Both the position numbers and the translations under genes were made by a program. The notes under the pieces were generated by a model. That model ran no database searches. It saw only the letters and a program-made list of their open reading frames with translations, and was not told the origin of the DNA. A DNA stretch of 64,000 bases, taken from contig CP070673.1 of NCBI GenBank assembly GCA_020351915.1, positions 4,235,882-4,299,881 on the forward strand, in the 5' to 3' direction. How positions within the stretch are numbered: the stretch's first letter is position 1; every line of letters begins with the position of its first letter. This DNA is from Deltaproteobacteria bacterium (GTDB lineage: Bacteria > Desulfobacterota > DSM-4660 > Desulfatiglandales > B25-G16). Shown one piece after another: positions 55,502 to 64,000 of this stretch.

Positions 55502-55720
55502 AGGAATAAATTACCTCGACATCTAAAAGATTTCAAGCCCCAAAGTGAGCGTCCAGCCTTTAATGAAAATAAAGGGCATTGAATAAAAAGTCTTATCGGT
55601 TTTGTTGATTTTTTTATTCTGAACCAACGCAGCTGATCTAACCTATTAAACCAGTAGAACAATCTTGTTTTTTCTTTATCTTGCTGACGGCTGTTTGCTG
55701 AGCGCTGAACGCTTACTTAT

Positions 55721-56458
55721 TCACCTCCTGTATCCGACGGGCATAATAAGAAGGGGCTCATGTGTTCTTTTAATCCCCATAACCTGGACTACCTTCTCAT
55801 CATCAAAGGCTCCCACGATTCCTGCTTCCAGTCCCATGCCCTGACACTGAAGAAAGATATTTTGCCCAATGTGACCTGCCTCTATCATGGCGTACCTCAC
55901 TCCCCTCTGGCGGTATTTGCCCATAATCCTGCTGTACTCTGCGGTAATGACCAGGATCAGCGGCGCATCAGCCATCCACATCTGCCATAATGAGGCCTCT
56001 GCTACATCCTTTCTCCTATCCCCCTCTTGCACGAAGGAAAGAGTATGGTCAGCAGGGCTATAGCGGTGAACACCGGGATCCAGTTTTTCAATGCAATCTC
56101 TTCCAACCACTGCGTAGACGTCCATTGGGTATAGTGCCCCTGCAGAGGGGGCAGCCCTCTTGAATCCTCCTGTTTCCGTGATCCCTTGAGCTGCCCAAAG
56201 TAGTTGGGAAAGTTGTTTGAGGGTAAGAGCCTTCCTATCGAAAGATCTTACTGTTCTTCTTGTTTTGATGGTCCTTTCAAGGGACACATCCCCATCCAGC
56301 ATTGGCTCAGGTAACTGCATTCTACCACCTCGCTTTCCTGAAAGAGGGTTTCTTTTCCCTTTAGATAAGACTCTTTGAGGGATAAACAAAGATCCGAAGA
56401 GGCCAATGAAACCTATTAATTTGCAGAATCCTCTTCGTGTCAATTCAATCCTCGGCAT
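55721..56458 (-). CDS. SagB/ThcOx-type nitroreductase-fold dehydrogenase with Tat signal
   Basis: The twin-arginine leader is LTRRGFCKLIGFIGLFG. RRTVRSF, LSQLLWAAQG and PSAGALYP are SagB-type dehydrogenase-domain motifs. Confidence 0.75.
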   Translation of the reverse strand: MPRIELTRRGFCKLIGFIGLFGSLFIPQRVLSKGKRNPLSGKRGGRMQLPEPMLDGDVSLERTIKTRRTVRSFDRKALTLKQLSQLLWAAQGITETGGFKRAAPSAGALYPMDVYAVVGRDCIEKLDPGVHRYSPADHTLSFVQEGDRRKDVAEASLWQMWMADAPLILVITAEYSRIMGKYRQRGVRYAMIEAGHIGQNIFLQCQGMGLEAGIVGAFDDEKVVQVMGIKRTHEPLLIMPVGYRR

Positions 56459-56629
56459 ACCTTAGGTGCGAAGCTAAACGTTAATAGATCCATAAAAAAA
56501 TAACAAAAGACCCTTCAAAAACTATCTGCTAGTCAAGATAATATTTCAAGTGTAAAATGCTTCAGTCTCTCGACTTTGTGCCTTTTATTCTTCGTTACTA
56601 TGGTGTATAGATAGTTGCGGCAGGGGGAA

Positions 56630-57388
56630 ATGAGAATACTTTTAACCAATGATGACGGCATATTGGCAGAGGGCCTAATCGCTCTGTATGAGGAGTTAAA
56701 GGATGATTTTGAGCTTTCCATAGTGGCCCCTGAAACAGAAATGAGTGCAGTAGGCCACGCCATTACCCTATCCAACCCTTTGAGAGTGAGGCGATTTAAG
56801 AGAAATGGGACCTTCTTTGGCTACGGGGTAAGCGGAACGCCTGCAGATTGTGTGAAAATAGGTGTCCAGGAGATATTGCAACAAAGGCCAGACATGATCC
56901 TTTCAGGAATCAACCTGGGCTCCAATGTAGGTATCAACCTTTTGTATTCGGGTACTGTCTCCGCTGCCACAGAGGGGGCCTTTCTCGGTATTCCGTCAGT
57001 TGCCATTTCACTGAATACCAAAAATGATCCTGACTTTGGCTTTGCTGCTAAATTCTCACGCCGGATGATCCAAATCGTCAAGGAGAACGGCCTGAGAGAG
57101 GGAACAGCCCTGAATGTGAATATACCAGCTGTACCTGAGGATCAGATTAAGGGTGTATCCGTTACTACGCAGGATCTTGTTAGGCACAAGGATATATATG
57201 AAAAAAGGAAGGATCCAAGAGGAAATGTCTATTACTGGTTGGCCGGTGAAACGCCTGTGGAAGACAGTATTCCAGATACTGATTTAATGGCCTTAAGAGA
57301 AAACCGGATAACCATAACCCCTATCAGCTTTGATCTAACGGACGTCAAAGAGGTGAAAAGGCTGACTTCTAGTATTTTTGATCTTTAG
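56630..57388 (+). CDS. surE: 5'/3'-nucleotidase SurE
   Basis: MRILLTNDDGI, GTPADCV, SGINLGSN and YSGTVSAA are SurE hallmarks. The start is set at the ATG at 56630 after AGGGGGA. Confidence 0.9.
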   Translation: MRILLTNDDGILAEGLIALYEELKDDFELSIVAPETEMSAVGHAITLSNPLRVRRFKRNGTFFGYGVSGTPADCVKIGVQEILQQRPDMILSGINLGSNVGINLLYSGTVSAATEGAFLGIPSVAISLNTKNDPDFGFAAKFSRRMIQIVKENGLREGTALNVNIPAVPEDQIKGVSVTTQDLVRHKDIYEKRKDPRGNVYYWLAGETPVEDSIPDTDLMALRENRITITPISFDLTDVKEVKRLTSSIFDL

Positions 57389-57538
57389 TCTGTTAGTTCT
57401 CAAATTTGTGTCTTTTGTGCCAGAAAATCTATTACATATATAGTGTCTTCCAAAGCTGATAATGAAATTTGGGGATTGAGGGATTTGGGAATTCCTTAAT
57501 TCCTTAATTCGTAATTCCTGAATTTGCGCTTGTCTGGA

Positions 57539-57952
57539 TTAGGAGAGATGCTCCTGTACCTTCCGGGCTATGTCCTTTATCTCTTCCATGTTCCCCGGCT
57601 TCATCTCCCATTGCGATACTGATAATCCGTCATTTTCCCATCTGGGCATAATATGTACGTGGAGATGGGGAACTATCTGGTCAGATGCCCTGCCGTTAAG
57701 CTGAAGAATGGTTACTCCTTCCGCCTTAAGTGCCTCTTTTGCTGCCTTTGCACACCGTCTTACCGCACTGGTAATAGCTGCCAGATCACCATCTGAGATC
57801 TCAAAGATGTTCTCTGTATGCTTTTTTGGAACGACCAGCATGTGGCCTTGAGATGAGGGATTGATGTCCATAAAGGCAAGAACTAAATCTTCATCCAGTA
57901 CCTTGACCGCGGGTATCTCACCAGCAATAATCTTGCAAAAAATGCACTCCAT
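57539..57952 (-). CDS. HIT family (histidine triad) protein
   Basis: The N-terminus is CIFCKIIAGEIPA and the HIT motif is HLHVHIMP. Confidence 0.9.
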   Translation of the reverse strand: MECIFCKIIAGEIPAVKVLDEDLVLAFMDINPSSQGHMLVVPKKHTENIFEISDGDLAAITSAVRRCAKAAKEALKAEGVTILQLNGRASDQIVPHLHVHIMPRWENDGLSVSQWEMKPGNMEEIKDIARKVQEHLS

Positions 57953-58136
57953 TGAATTCTCCTTATCTCCTAGAATTTCTAAAAGGTAAGTATTTTGTTT
58001 AGTATAAAGGTGGATATTGTTGTCTGGTCTAGCACCATAGCTAGAGGGATTTATTGTAATCTATCACTTTCAGGCTGAATAAATCACCGCCCCGAATAAA
58101 AGTTGAGAGTATCTCTAAACTGATTCTTAAATAAGC

Positions 58137-58859
58137 CTATCTACAATCTACACACGTATAGAGCTTGTCTAGTGGAACACCTGTTTTTTTGCTTATATAT
58201 TCCAGCTGGTCTTGCGCTGCAAAATACCTTCCACATTCTTTACAGGCAACCATTTCGAAGGTTTTTCCCCATATACTCCGTTCGTCACCTGTTTCGCTCT
58301 CCCTCATCTCTATATGCCCTGTTGGACAGACATAAGCGCAGGCACCACAACCTATGCAGACACCGGAAGGCTCCATAAATGGGGTACCTACGGATTTATC
58401 AGCACCTCTATTTAAAAAACCAATAGCACTCACTCCCACCACTTGTTCGCAAACCTCTACACATTGCCGGCACAGAATGCACTTGCCCTTATCTTCATCT
58501 AGCTGGAACCTTTCTTGTGGCTTCACATCCATTTCATCTGCAAGCTCTCGAATTACCTCTGAGGTAGGGCACCGCGCCATCAGGAGTTGCAAGATCAAGC
58601 TACGGACATTCATAACCCGTTCACTGTGAGTAGTAACGGTAAGCCCCTCCTCTACCTGGTAAATGCATGATGTAACTATCCTTGTCCTTTTGCCTTTTTT
58701 TATCTCCACTGAACAGAGCCGACAGGCCCCAGACGCAGTTAGCTCGTCATGGTAACAAAGGGTAGGGATCTCTATTCCATTGCTTTGCGCCGCCTTTAGG
58801 ATGGTTGAACCTTCCTCAGCTTGAATCTCCTTGTTATCAATTGTCAAATTTACCATCAT
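58137..58859 (-). CDS. Fe-S protein resembling the N-terminal part of NuoG/HydA ([2Fe-2S] plus [4Fe-4S] clusters), with no catalytic domain
   Basis: The plant-type 2Fe-2S pattern is CYHDELTASGACRLCSV...SC. It is followed by CILCRQCVEVC and CIGCGACAYVCP ferredoxin motifs. At 240 aa there is no molybdopterin or H-cluster domain. Confidence 0.7.
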   Translation of the reverse strand: MMVNLTIDNKEIQAEEGSTILKAAQSNGIEIPTLCYHDELTASGACRLCSVEIKKGKRTRIVTSCIYQVEEGLTVTTHSERVMNVRSLILQLLMARCPTSEVIRELADEMDVKPQERFQLDEDKGKCILCRQCVEVCEQVVGVSAIGFLNRGADKSVGTPFMEPSGVCIGCGACAYVCPTGHIEMRESETGDERSIWGKTFEMVACKECGRYFAAQDQLEYISKKTGVPLDKLYTCVDCR

Positions 58860-58911
58860 CTCTACCTTTTCTCTGCGATTGTTGCATTACGTTCTCAGCA
58901 CTTCGCCGATC

Positions 58912-60672
58912 TTACGCATTAGCTTTCGACTTGCTCAGCTCCTTGCAGACCCCAGCAGGACATTTTTTTTCGCGAATATGAGCATCATACTCATCCCGAA
59001 AGGATTTGATAGTACTCAAAACCGGATTGGGTGCAGAACCCCCGAGGGCGCACAGGGAACCGTCTATGATTCCCTCGGACATCGCTTCCAGAAGCTCGAC
59101 GTCTCCTTCTCTGCCTCTTCCTGCACATATATCATCCAAGATCTCATGCATTCTACGAACTCCCTCGCGACAGGGCACACATTTCCCGCATGATTCGCTC
59201 TCCAGAAATCCCAGGAAATATCTCGCAACATCCACCATGCAACTCGTTTCATCCATAACGATCATTCCACCTGAACCCATCATCGAACCCGCTTTGCTTA
59301 ATTCATCAAAACTAACCGGAAGGTCAAGCATTTCCTTGGGGATACAACCTCCTGATGGTCCCCCAGTTTGCACTGCCTTAAACTGCTTTCCTTTTGGTAT
59401 TCCCCCACCTATGTCGTAAATAATCTCTCGTAGAGTTATCCCCATAGGAACCTCTATCAAGCCAACATTACGAATATTTCCAACAAGGGAAAATACCTTG
59501 GTTCCCGCATTATTTTCAATACCAAGTTCAGAAAACCACCCTCCGCCTCTCGCAATAATTACCGGCACATTTGCCCAGGTCTCTACATTATTTAGATTAG
59601 ACGGCCTATCCCATAACCCATGTTCTACCGTGTGAATATATTTTGCTCTAGGCTCTCCCGCTCTTCCTTCCAGAGAGGCCATCAGCGCAGTTGATTCACC
59701 ACAGACAAACGCACCAGCACCTTTGCCTATTTCTATGTTGAAGCTGAACCCAGAATTGAGGATATTTTCACCCAAAAGCCCACATTCTCTCGCCTGAGAG
59801 ATAGCTAAGGATAAAGCACTAACTGCAAGAGGATATTCATCCCTTACATAGATATATCCTTCATGGGCGCCTATGGCATAAGCACCGATGATCATTCCCT
59901 CTATGACACTGTGAGGATCACCTTCCATGATGCTTCTATCCATGTAAGCCCCTGGATCACCCTCATCGCCATTGCAGATAACATATTTCATTTCGCCGTG
60001 GGCCTTTCTACAGGACTGCCATTTATACCCCGTGGGAAAACCACCGCCCCCTCTCCCTCTCAGACCCGATTGAATTGCTTCTTCTATTATCGCTTCTGGC
60101 TGTATTGAGGAGAGGGCTTTGTGGAGACTAAAATAACCACCTCTTGCAATGTATTCATCTATATTGTCAGGATCTATATATCCACAATTTCTCGTGGCTA
60201 TCCTAACCTGTTTCTCGTAAAAATCGATCTCCGACATAAGTGACACTTCCCCTAAATCATCGGGCAAAGCCCCGGAAAAATATCTTTTCGTCTCTCCATT
60301 GGCAATAAAAATATCTTCATCTATCCTGCAATAAGGCTTCTTTCTTTTATGGTTCCCTTCCAGGACCTGGTTTAAAAATGTCGGCACATTTTTAGGCATC
60401 AGTTTGCTATAGGTAAGTCGTGGCCTGTTTGGTTCTATCACATCAACCAAGGGCTCCCGGTAACACATGCCAATACATCCGGTTTTGCCTAGGATGATGT
60501 CTGGTTTTTGCTTTTCTATCTCCTCCGCCAATGCGTTATAAACCAGGCCAGCCCCTGTTGCGATCCCACAGGTGGCCTCCCCTACCATTACCTTTGTCTT
60601 TGAGGGAAAAAGGGATGCCATCCCTTTTTCCTTTCTTTTGTTCAAATCCTGTAGATTATTAATTCTCGCCAC
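58912..60672 (-). CDS. NuoF-like NAD(H)-binding FMN/Fe-S flavoprotein with N-terminal thioredoxin-like [2Fe-2S] domain (HydB/HndC-type)
   Basis: GRGGGGFPTGYKW is the FMN/NADH site and NGDEGDPGA follows. ESCGKCVPCREG is the N3 4Fe-4S motif. N-terminal CGIATGA...GCIGMC supplies the extra cluster domain. Confidence 0.9.
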   Translation of the reverse strand: MARINNLQDLNKRKEKGMASLFPSKTKVMVGEATCGIATGAGLVYNALAEEIEKQKPDIILGKTGCIGMCYREPLVDVIEPNRPRLTYSKLMPKNVPTFLNQVLEGNHKRKKPYCRIDEDIFIANGETKRYFSGALPDDLGEVSLMSEIDFYEKQVRIATRNCGYIDPDNIDEYIARGGYFSLHKALSSIQPEAIIEEAIQSGLRGRGGGGFPTGYKWQSCRKAHGEMKYVICNGDEGDPGAYMDRSIMEGDPHSVIEGMIIGAYAIGAHEGYIYVRDEYPLAVSALSLAISQARECGLLGENILNSGFSFNIEIGKGAGAFVCGESTALMASLEGRAGEPRAKYIHTVEHGLWDRPSNLNNVETWANVPVIIARGGGWFSELGIENNAGTKVFSLVGNIRNVGLIEVPMGITLREIIYDIGGGIPKGKQFKAVQTGGPSGGCIPKEMLDLPVSFDELSKAGSMMGSGGMIVMDETSCMVDVARYFLGFLESESCGKCVPCREGVRRMHEILDDICAGRGREGDVELLEAMSEGIIDGSLCALGGSAPNPVLSTIKSFRDEYDAHIREKKCPAGVCKELSKSKANA

Positions 60673-61159
60673 TTTGCCTCCATTCTTTTCTATGGTTATC
60701 TAGAATTCCTGGAATTTTGTCTTCCTCTAGATAAGCATGGATGTCACCGTCAACCTTGACAACCGGTGCCAAACTACAGCACCCAAGACACCGCACCTCT
60801 TCCAAGGTAAACATTCTATCCTCGGTAGTTTCTCCGCATTCAATATCTAATTCTGCTTCCAGCCTGGAACGGAGTTTTGGTCCACCCTTTACATGACAGG
60901 CGGTGCCGGCACAAGCTGCTATCAAGTGTCTACCTCGGGGCACGAGGCTGAAGGAATTGTAAAACGTGGATACTTCATATATTCTACTGAGCGGAATCTC
61001 CATCTCTTCACCAAGGAGACTGAGAGCGTCCTTAGGCAAGAAGGCATACTCTTTTTGAACATCCTGAAGTATCGAAATCAAAGCACTTTTTTCACCATGA
61101 TATTTCTCTACTATAGTCTTAACCGTGTCTTCTGAAATGCTGACTTCGTCCATTTTCAA
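60659..61159 (-). CDS. NuoE-like [2Fe-2S] thioredoxin-fold subunit (HydC/HndA-type)
   Basis: CAGTACHVKG and CLGCCSLAPVV carry the four Cys of the NuoE cluster. The gene overlaps the nuoF-like start by 14 nt. Confidence 0.85.
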   Translation of the reverse strand: MKMDEVSISEDTVKTIVEKYHGEKSALISILQDVQKEYAFLPKDALSLLGEEMEIPLSRIYEVSTFYNSFSLVPRGRHLIAACAGTACHVKGGPKLRSRLEAELDIECGETTEDRMFTLEEVRCLGCCSLAPVVKVDGDIHAYLEEDKIPGILDNHRKEWRQSGEN

Positions 61160-61190
61160 ACCACCTTTTTAATTTGAACCTTTATTCTCC

Positions 61191-62144
61191 TTATAAATCC
61201 GACCAGGAAGGTAAACATTCAACCTTATTCATGAGCCTCTTGTATTCCTGGTTTACCCGTTCCTGAATCACCTTTTTCTCATCCTCTGAGAGGTGACGGA
61301 ATCGACCCTGAAGCTTCAGGTATTCCTCCACAGGTCGCAACTCCCTCGTCTCGATAGTCATCCTGTATTTTCCGTCTTCCACCTCATAAAGCGGAAAAAT
61401 GCCCGTTTGAACAGCCATTCGCCCTGCCTTGATGCATTGCTCCGGGGGAAGTCTCCATCCGGTGGGGCAGACCGATAAACAGTGGATATAGCTCGGCCCT
61501 TTTACCTTTACCGCCTTCTTGACCTTGTTCATGAAATCGAGAGGGTAGCTGTGACAAGCGGTGGCAACATACGGCACATTGTGAGCCACCATGATCTCGG
61601 CAACATTCTTCTTCCATGCCTTCTTTCCAAAACTGGCCAAGCCGGCAGGGTCGGTGGTGGTAGAAGCCCCGAAGGGTGTAGCGCCGGAGCGCTGGATGCC
61701 GGTATTCATATATGCCTCATTGTCAAAGCAGACATACAGCAAATCATGTCCCCGCTCCATTGCGCCGGAGAGCGCCTGAATCCCTATGTCAACGGTGCCG
61801 CCATCTCCGCCAATAGACACTGCCTTTACATCACGATCAGGAATCCTTCCTTTACGCCGAAGGACCTTTAAACCAGCTTCCACGCCCGATCCTACTGATG
61901 CGGAATTCGGAAATGCAACGTGTATCCACGGTAGTTTCCACGCGGTTGTAGGATAGAGACTTGAAACGACCTCCATGCAACCCGTTGCATTGACAATCAC
62001 CGTGTCCTTACCAAGGGCCTTGCACATCAAGCGAATGGCAAGGGCCTCTCCACATCCCTGGCAGGCACGGTGTCCAAAGCTGAAGTATTCCTCTTTGTCA
62101 ACCAACCTCGGTGCATACAGGTCGAAGCTTTCTACAATACTCAT
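61191..62144 (-). CDS. 2-oxoacid:ferredoxin oxidoreductase, beta (TPP-binding) subunit
   Basis: GHRACQGCGEALAIR, SIGGDGGTVDIG (GDG TPP motif) and CPTGW support the call. A 4-nt overlap with the alpha-subunit gene is present. Confidence 0.9.
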   Translation of the reverse strand: MSIVESFDLYAPRLVDKEEYFSFGHRACQGCGEALAIRLMCKALGKDTVIVNATGCMEVVSSLYPTTAWKLPWIHVAFPNSASVGSGVEAGLKVLRRKGRIPDRDVKAVSIGGDGGTVDIGIQALSGAMERGHDLLYVCFDNEAYMNTGIQRSGATPFGASTTTDPAGLASFGKKAWKKNVAEIMVAHNVPYVATACHSYPLDFMNKVKKAVKVKGPSYIHCLSVCPTGWRLPPEQCIKAGRMAVQTGIFPLYEVEDGKYRMTIETRELRPVEEYLKLQGRFRHLSEDEKKVIQERVNQEYKRLMNKVECLPSWSDL

Positions 62145-63319
62145 GATCCCCTCACTCCATAGATTTCATACCCTCTTTCGGGTTTGACTTTCTCCGCCTG
62201 AGCTGCCGTTTCGACGATCTGGATGAAATCTCCCACGGTGACATCGCGTCCACCCAGGCCGATAATACTATTAACAATCGCGGGGCAGTCCGATTCGCCA
62301 TACAACGAAGATCTAACCTCTGCCCCGAGAGGTCCTGTTGCGCCTCCAAAGGAAATGGCCCTGTCCATCACGGCCAGAACCTTTGCGCCCTTAACGGCCT
62401 TTCTCAGCTCTTCGCTGGGAAAGGGTCTCCACAGCTTTAACCTCAATAGCCCGGCAGGTATCTTCCTTTTGCGCAGCTCGTCGATGGCAACCTCTGCCGT
62501 ATCACCCATGGAACCCATGGTGAGCAGCACCACCTCGGCCCCTTCGGTTTTGTGGGCCTCTATGGGCTCATACATGCGGCCGAACTTCTCTTCCCACTCT
62601 TTCCATACCTGCAATATGATCTTCTTGGAGTTAATAAGGGCCTCGTCCTTGGCCTTCATGGCCTCATTGAAGATATCCGGCGCACCTAACGTTCCCATGG
62701 AAACCACATTGTCGGGATGAAGGGCGGCATAGGGTTCGTATACAGGGAGGAACTCGTCCACCTCCTTTTGATCCGGCAGGAACATGGGCTCCACCACGTG
62801 AGTCAGCTGAAAGCCGTCCAGATTGATATTCAAAGGAAGCATGACCTCTCTATGCTCAGCAATCTTGAAGGCCTGAATGATCATATCGATCACTTCCTGC
62901 CCATCTGCTGCGAACAGCGAAATCCAGCCCATGTCTCGCTGTGACATGATGTCACTGTGATCATTCCATATATTAATGGGTGCTGATAACGCCCTGTTGC
63001 CGATTGCCATTACCACAGGAAGCCGCATAGCTGAGACAATTGGCATCACCTCACCCATAAACAGCAGGCCCTGGGAACTGGTCGCTGTAAAGGTCCTTGC
63101 TCCTGTAGCTGAAGCACCGCAACAGGCGCTCAATGCAGAATGCTCTGATTCAACGCAAATAAACTCGGCATCAATCCTCCCGTCGGCGACAATATCCGAT
63201 AGGTGCTCTGGAATATGCGTGTTGGGCGTAATGGGATATGCAGCTACTACATCGGGATTGCACAGCGCTGCCGCCTCCGCGGCCGCAAGAGCTATTTCCA
63301 TACCAATTCGTTTAGCCAT
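62141..63319 (-). CDS. 2-oxoacid:ferredoxin oxidoreductase, alpha subunit
   Basis: GMEIALAAAEAAALCNPDVVAAYPITPNTHI and SEHSALSACCGASATGARTFTATSSQGL are typical of PorA/VorA-type subunits. Confidence 0.9.
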   Translation of the reverse strand: MAKRIGMEIALAAAEAAALCNPDVVAAYPITPNTHIPEHLSDIVADGRIDAEFICVESEHSALSACCGASATGARTFTATSSQGLLFMGEVMPIVSAMRLPVVMAIGNRALSAPINIWNDHSDIMSQRDMGWISLFAADGQEVIDMIIQAFKIAEHREVMLPLNINLDGFQLTHVVEPMFLPDQKEVDEFLPVYEPYAALHPDNVVSMGTLGAPDIFNEAMKAKDEALINSKKIILQVWKEWEEKFGRMYEPIEAHKTEGAEVVLLTMGSMGDTAEVAIDELRKRKIPAGLLRLKLWRPFPSEELRKAVKGAKVLAVMDRAISFGGATGPLGAEVRSSLYGESDCPAIVNSIIGLGGRDVTVGDFIQIVETAAQAEKVKPERGYEIYGVRGS

Positions 63320-63322
63320 TAC

Positions 63323-63616
63323 CTAGCCCTCCTCAACCATTGTTATGGCGCCCGGCCAACATTCATGGGCACAGATGCCACAGCCTTTGCAGTAATCCAG
63401 ATCTGCCACAAAGTATCCTTCGGCATCTTGTGAAATGCACCCTTCGGGACAAAAAATGTAACAGATGCCGCACTTGATGCATTTCGAATTATCATATACG
63501 GGCCTCTGAGCCCTCCAGCTTCCGGTATGGTATTCACATGCATTTCCAGCACTGAATACCATGCCTCCCAGATTGAACTCTTGCCAGGTTTCTGGCCCCT
63601 TATTATTCGCCATCAA
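63323..63616 (-). CDS. 2-oxoacid:ferredoxin oxidoreductase, delta (2x[4Fe-4S] ferredoxin) subunit
   Basis: CIKCGICYIFCPEGC and CKGCGICAHECWPGA are the two cluster motifs. The 97-aa size fits PorD/VorD. Confidence 0.85.
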   Translation of the reverse strand: MMANNKGPETWQEFNLGGMVFSAGNACEYHTGSWRAQRPVYDNSKCIKCGICYIFCPEGCISQDAEGYFVADLDYCKGCGICAHECWPGAITMVEEG

Positions 63617-63640
63617 AATACCTCAATGTTTGTTGCAACC

Positions 63641-64000
63641 TTAATTGATTTTAACGTCTTCGTATGCCCTCTTCAGGGCGGCTAGGTTCTTCTGTGCGAT
63701 TCTCCCGAACCTGTGCTCTATGGGTTCCTTTGCTGAATCCAACTTCACAATATCGAGGACCTTAATCAAGGCCCCCAACATAGTCGTATTCGTAATCGGA
63801 ACTCCCAATTCTTCCCAGGCTATCTTCGAAGCATCTACCGTGGCCGCTCTGCCTCTAAAGTTCAGCTCCTTTTTTAGCTCTTCAGGAGATTTCGGCGTAT
63901 TCACGATCAATGTGCCATCCGGTTTTAACCCCTCCGTAACATTAACCAGGCCTACCAGGCTCGAGTCAAGAACAACCACGACATCCGGCTTGTAGACGGC
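63641..64000 (-). CDS. 2-oxoacid:ferredoxin oxidoreductase, gamma subunit (C-terminal part; N-terminus beyond the window end)
   Basis: VVVLDSSLVGLVNVTEGLKPDGTLIVNT ... NTTMLGALIKV fits the PorG/VorG pattern. The frame stays open to position 64000. Confidence 0.8.
   Translation of the reverse strand, partial: AVYKPDVVVVLDSSLVGLVNVTEGLKPDGTLIVNTPKSPEELKKELNFRGRAATVDASKIAWEELGVPITNTTMLGALIKVLDIVKLDSAKEPIEHRFGRIAQKNLAALKRAYEDVKIN

Noticed and set aside
1-64000. CRISPR arrays, rRNA genes, tRNA genes, and selenocysteine (in-frame TGA) or programmed frameshift candidates
   Set aside because: I found no regularly spaced direct repeats and no tRNA-like T-arm or acceptor patterns. I found no adjacent same-frame ORF pairs split by a single TGA in redox proteins. 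This was a visual scan only, so tRNAscan, Rfam and CRISPR finders should still be run.

Overview
The window is a densely coding 64-kb segment that looks chromosomal. The gene content suggests an anaerobic bacterium: a 2-oxoacid:ferredoxin oxidoreductase, a NuoEF-type flavoprotein module, a GcdA-type carboxyltransferase, a radical SAM enzyme and QueG. That taxonomic reading is inference only. I can support about 55 CDSs. I recognised no rRNA, tRNA, CRISPR array, transposase or integrase.

Main blocks, in order:
- 1-4.9 kb: housekeeping genes (nitroreductases, an MltD-like lytic transglycosylase, queG, cvpA).
- 5-13.9 kb: an acyl-CoA cluster with two HMG-CoA-lyase-like proteins, a GcdA-type carboxyltransferase, a crotonase-fold protein, an XRE-cupin regulator and an acyl-CoA dehydrogenase.
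- 11.8-17.1 kb: envelope-type genes (GT9, an MsbA-like ABC exporter, an LPS-kinase-like protein, an ICMT-like methyltransferase).
- 17.3-18.5 kb: an SfsA-DUF123 fusion.
- 18.5-25.8 kb: an AT-richer, gene-poor patch with an archaemetzincin-like protease, an M29-like enzyme, MFS genes (one 5'-truncated) and about 1.2 kb without ORFs.
- 25.8-33.2 kb: an ECF sigma / anti-sigma / Spy-like / TolC-MacAB-type efflux cluster.
- 33.4-38.7 kb: a non-canonical AmmeMemoRadiSam neighbourhood (radical SAM, polytopic spermidine-synthase-like protein, AMMECR1, with no Memo gene).
- 38.77-39.07 kb: a roughly 300-bp nested palindrome.
- 39.2-43.0 kb: a stand-alone AddB-like Fe-S nuclease.
- 44-54.5 kb: an RND efflux pair, a DsbD-like protein and a heterodimeric ABC exporter.
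- 58.1-64 kb: a seven-gene operon joining a four-subunit 2-oxoacid:ferredoxin oxidoreductase to NuoE/NuoF/Fe-S proteins.

All family calls rest on motifs I read in the translated ORFs and on memory of those families. No database search was run.
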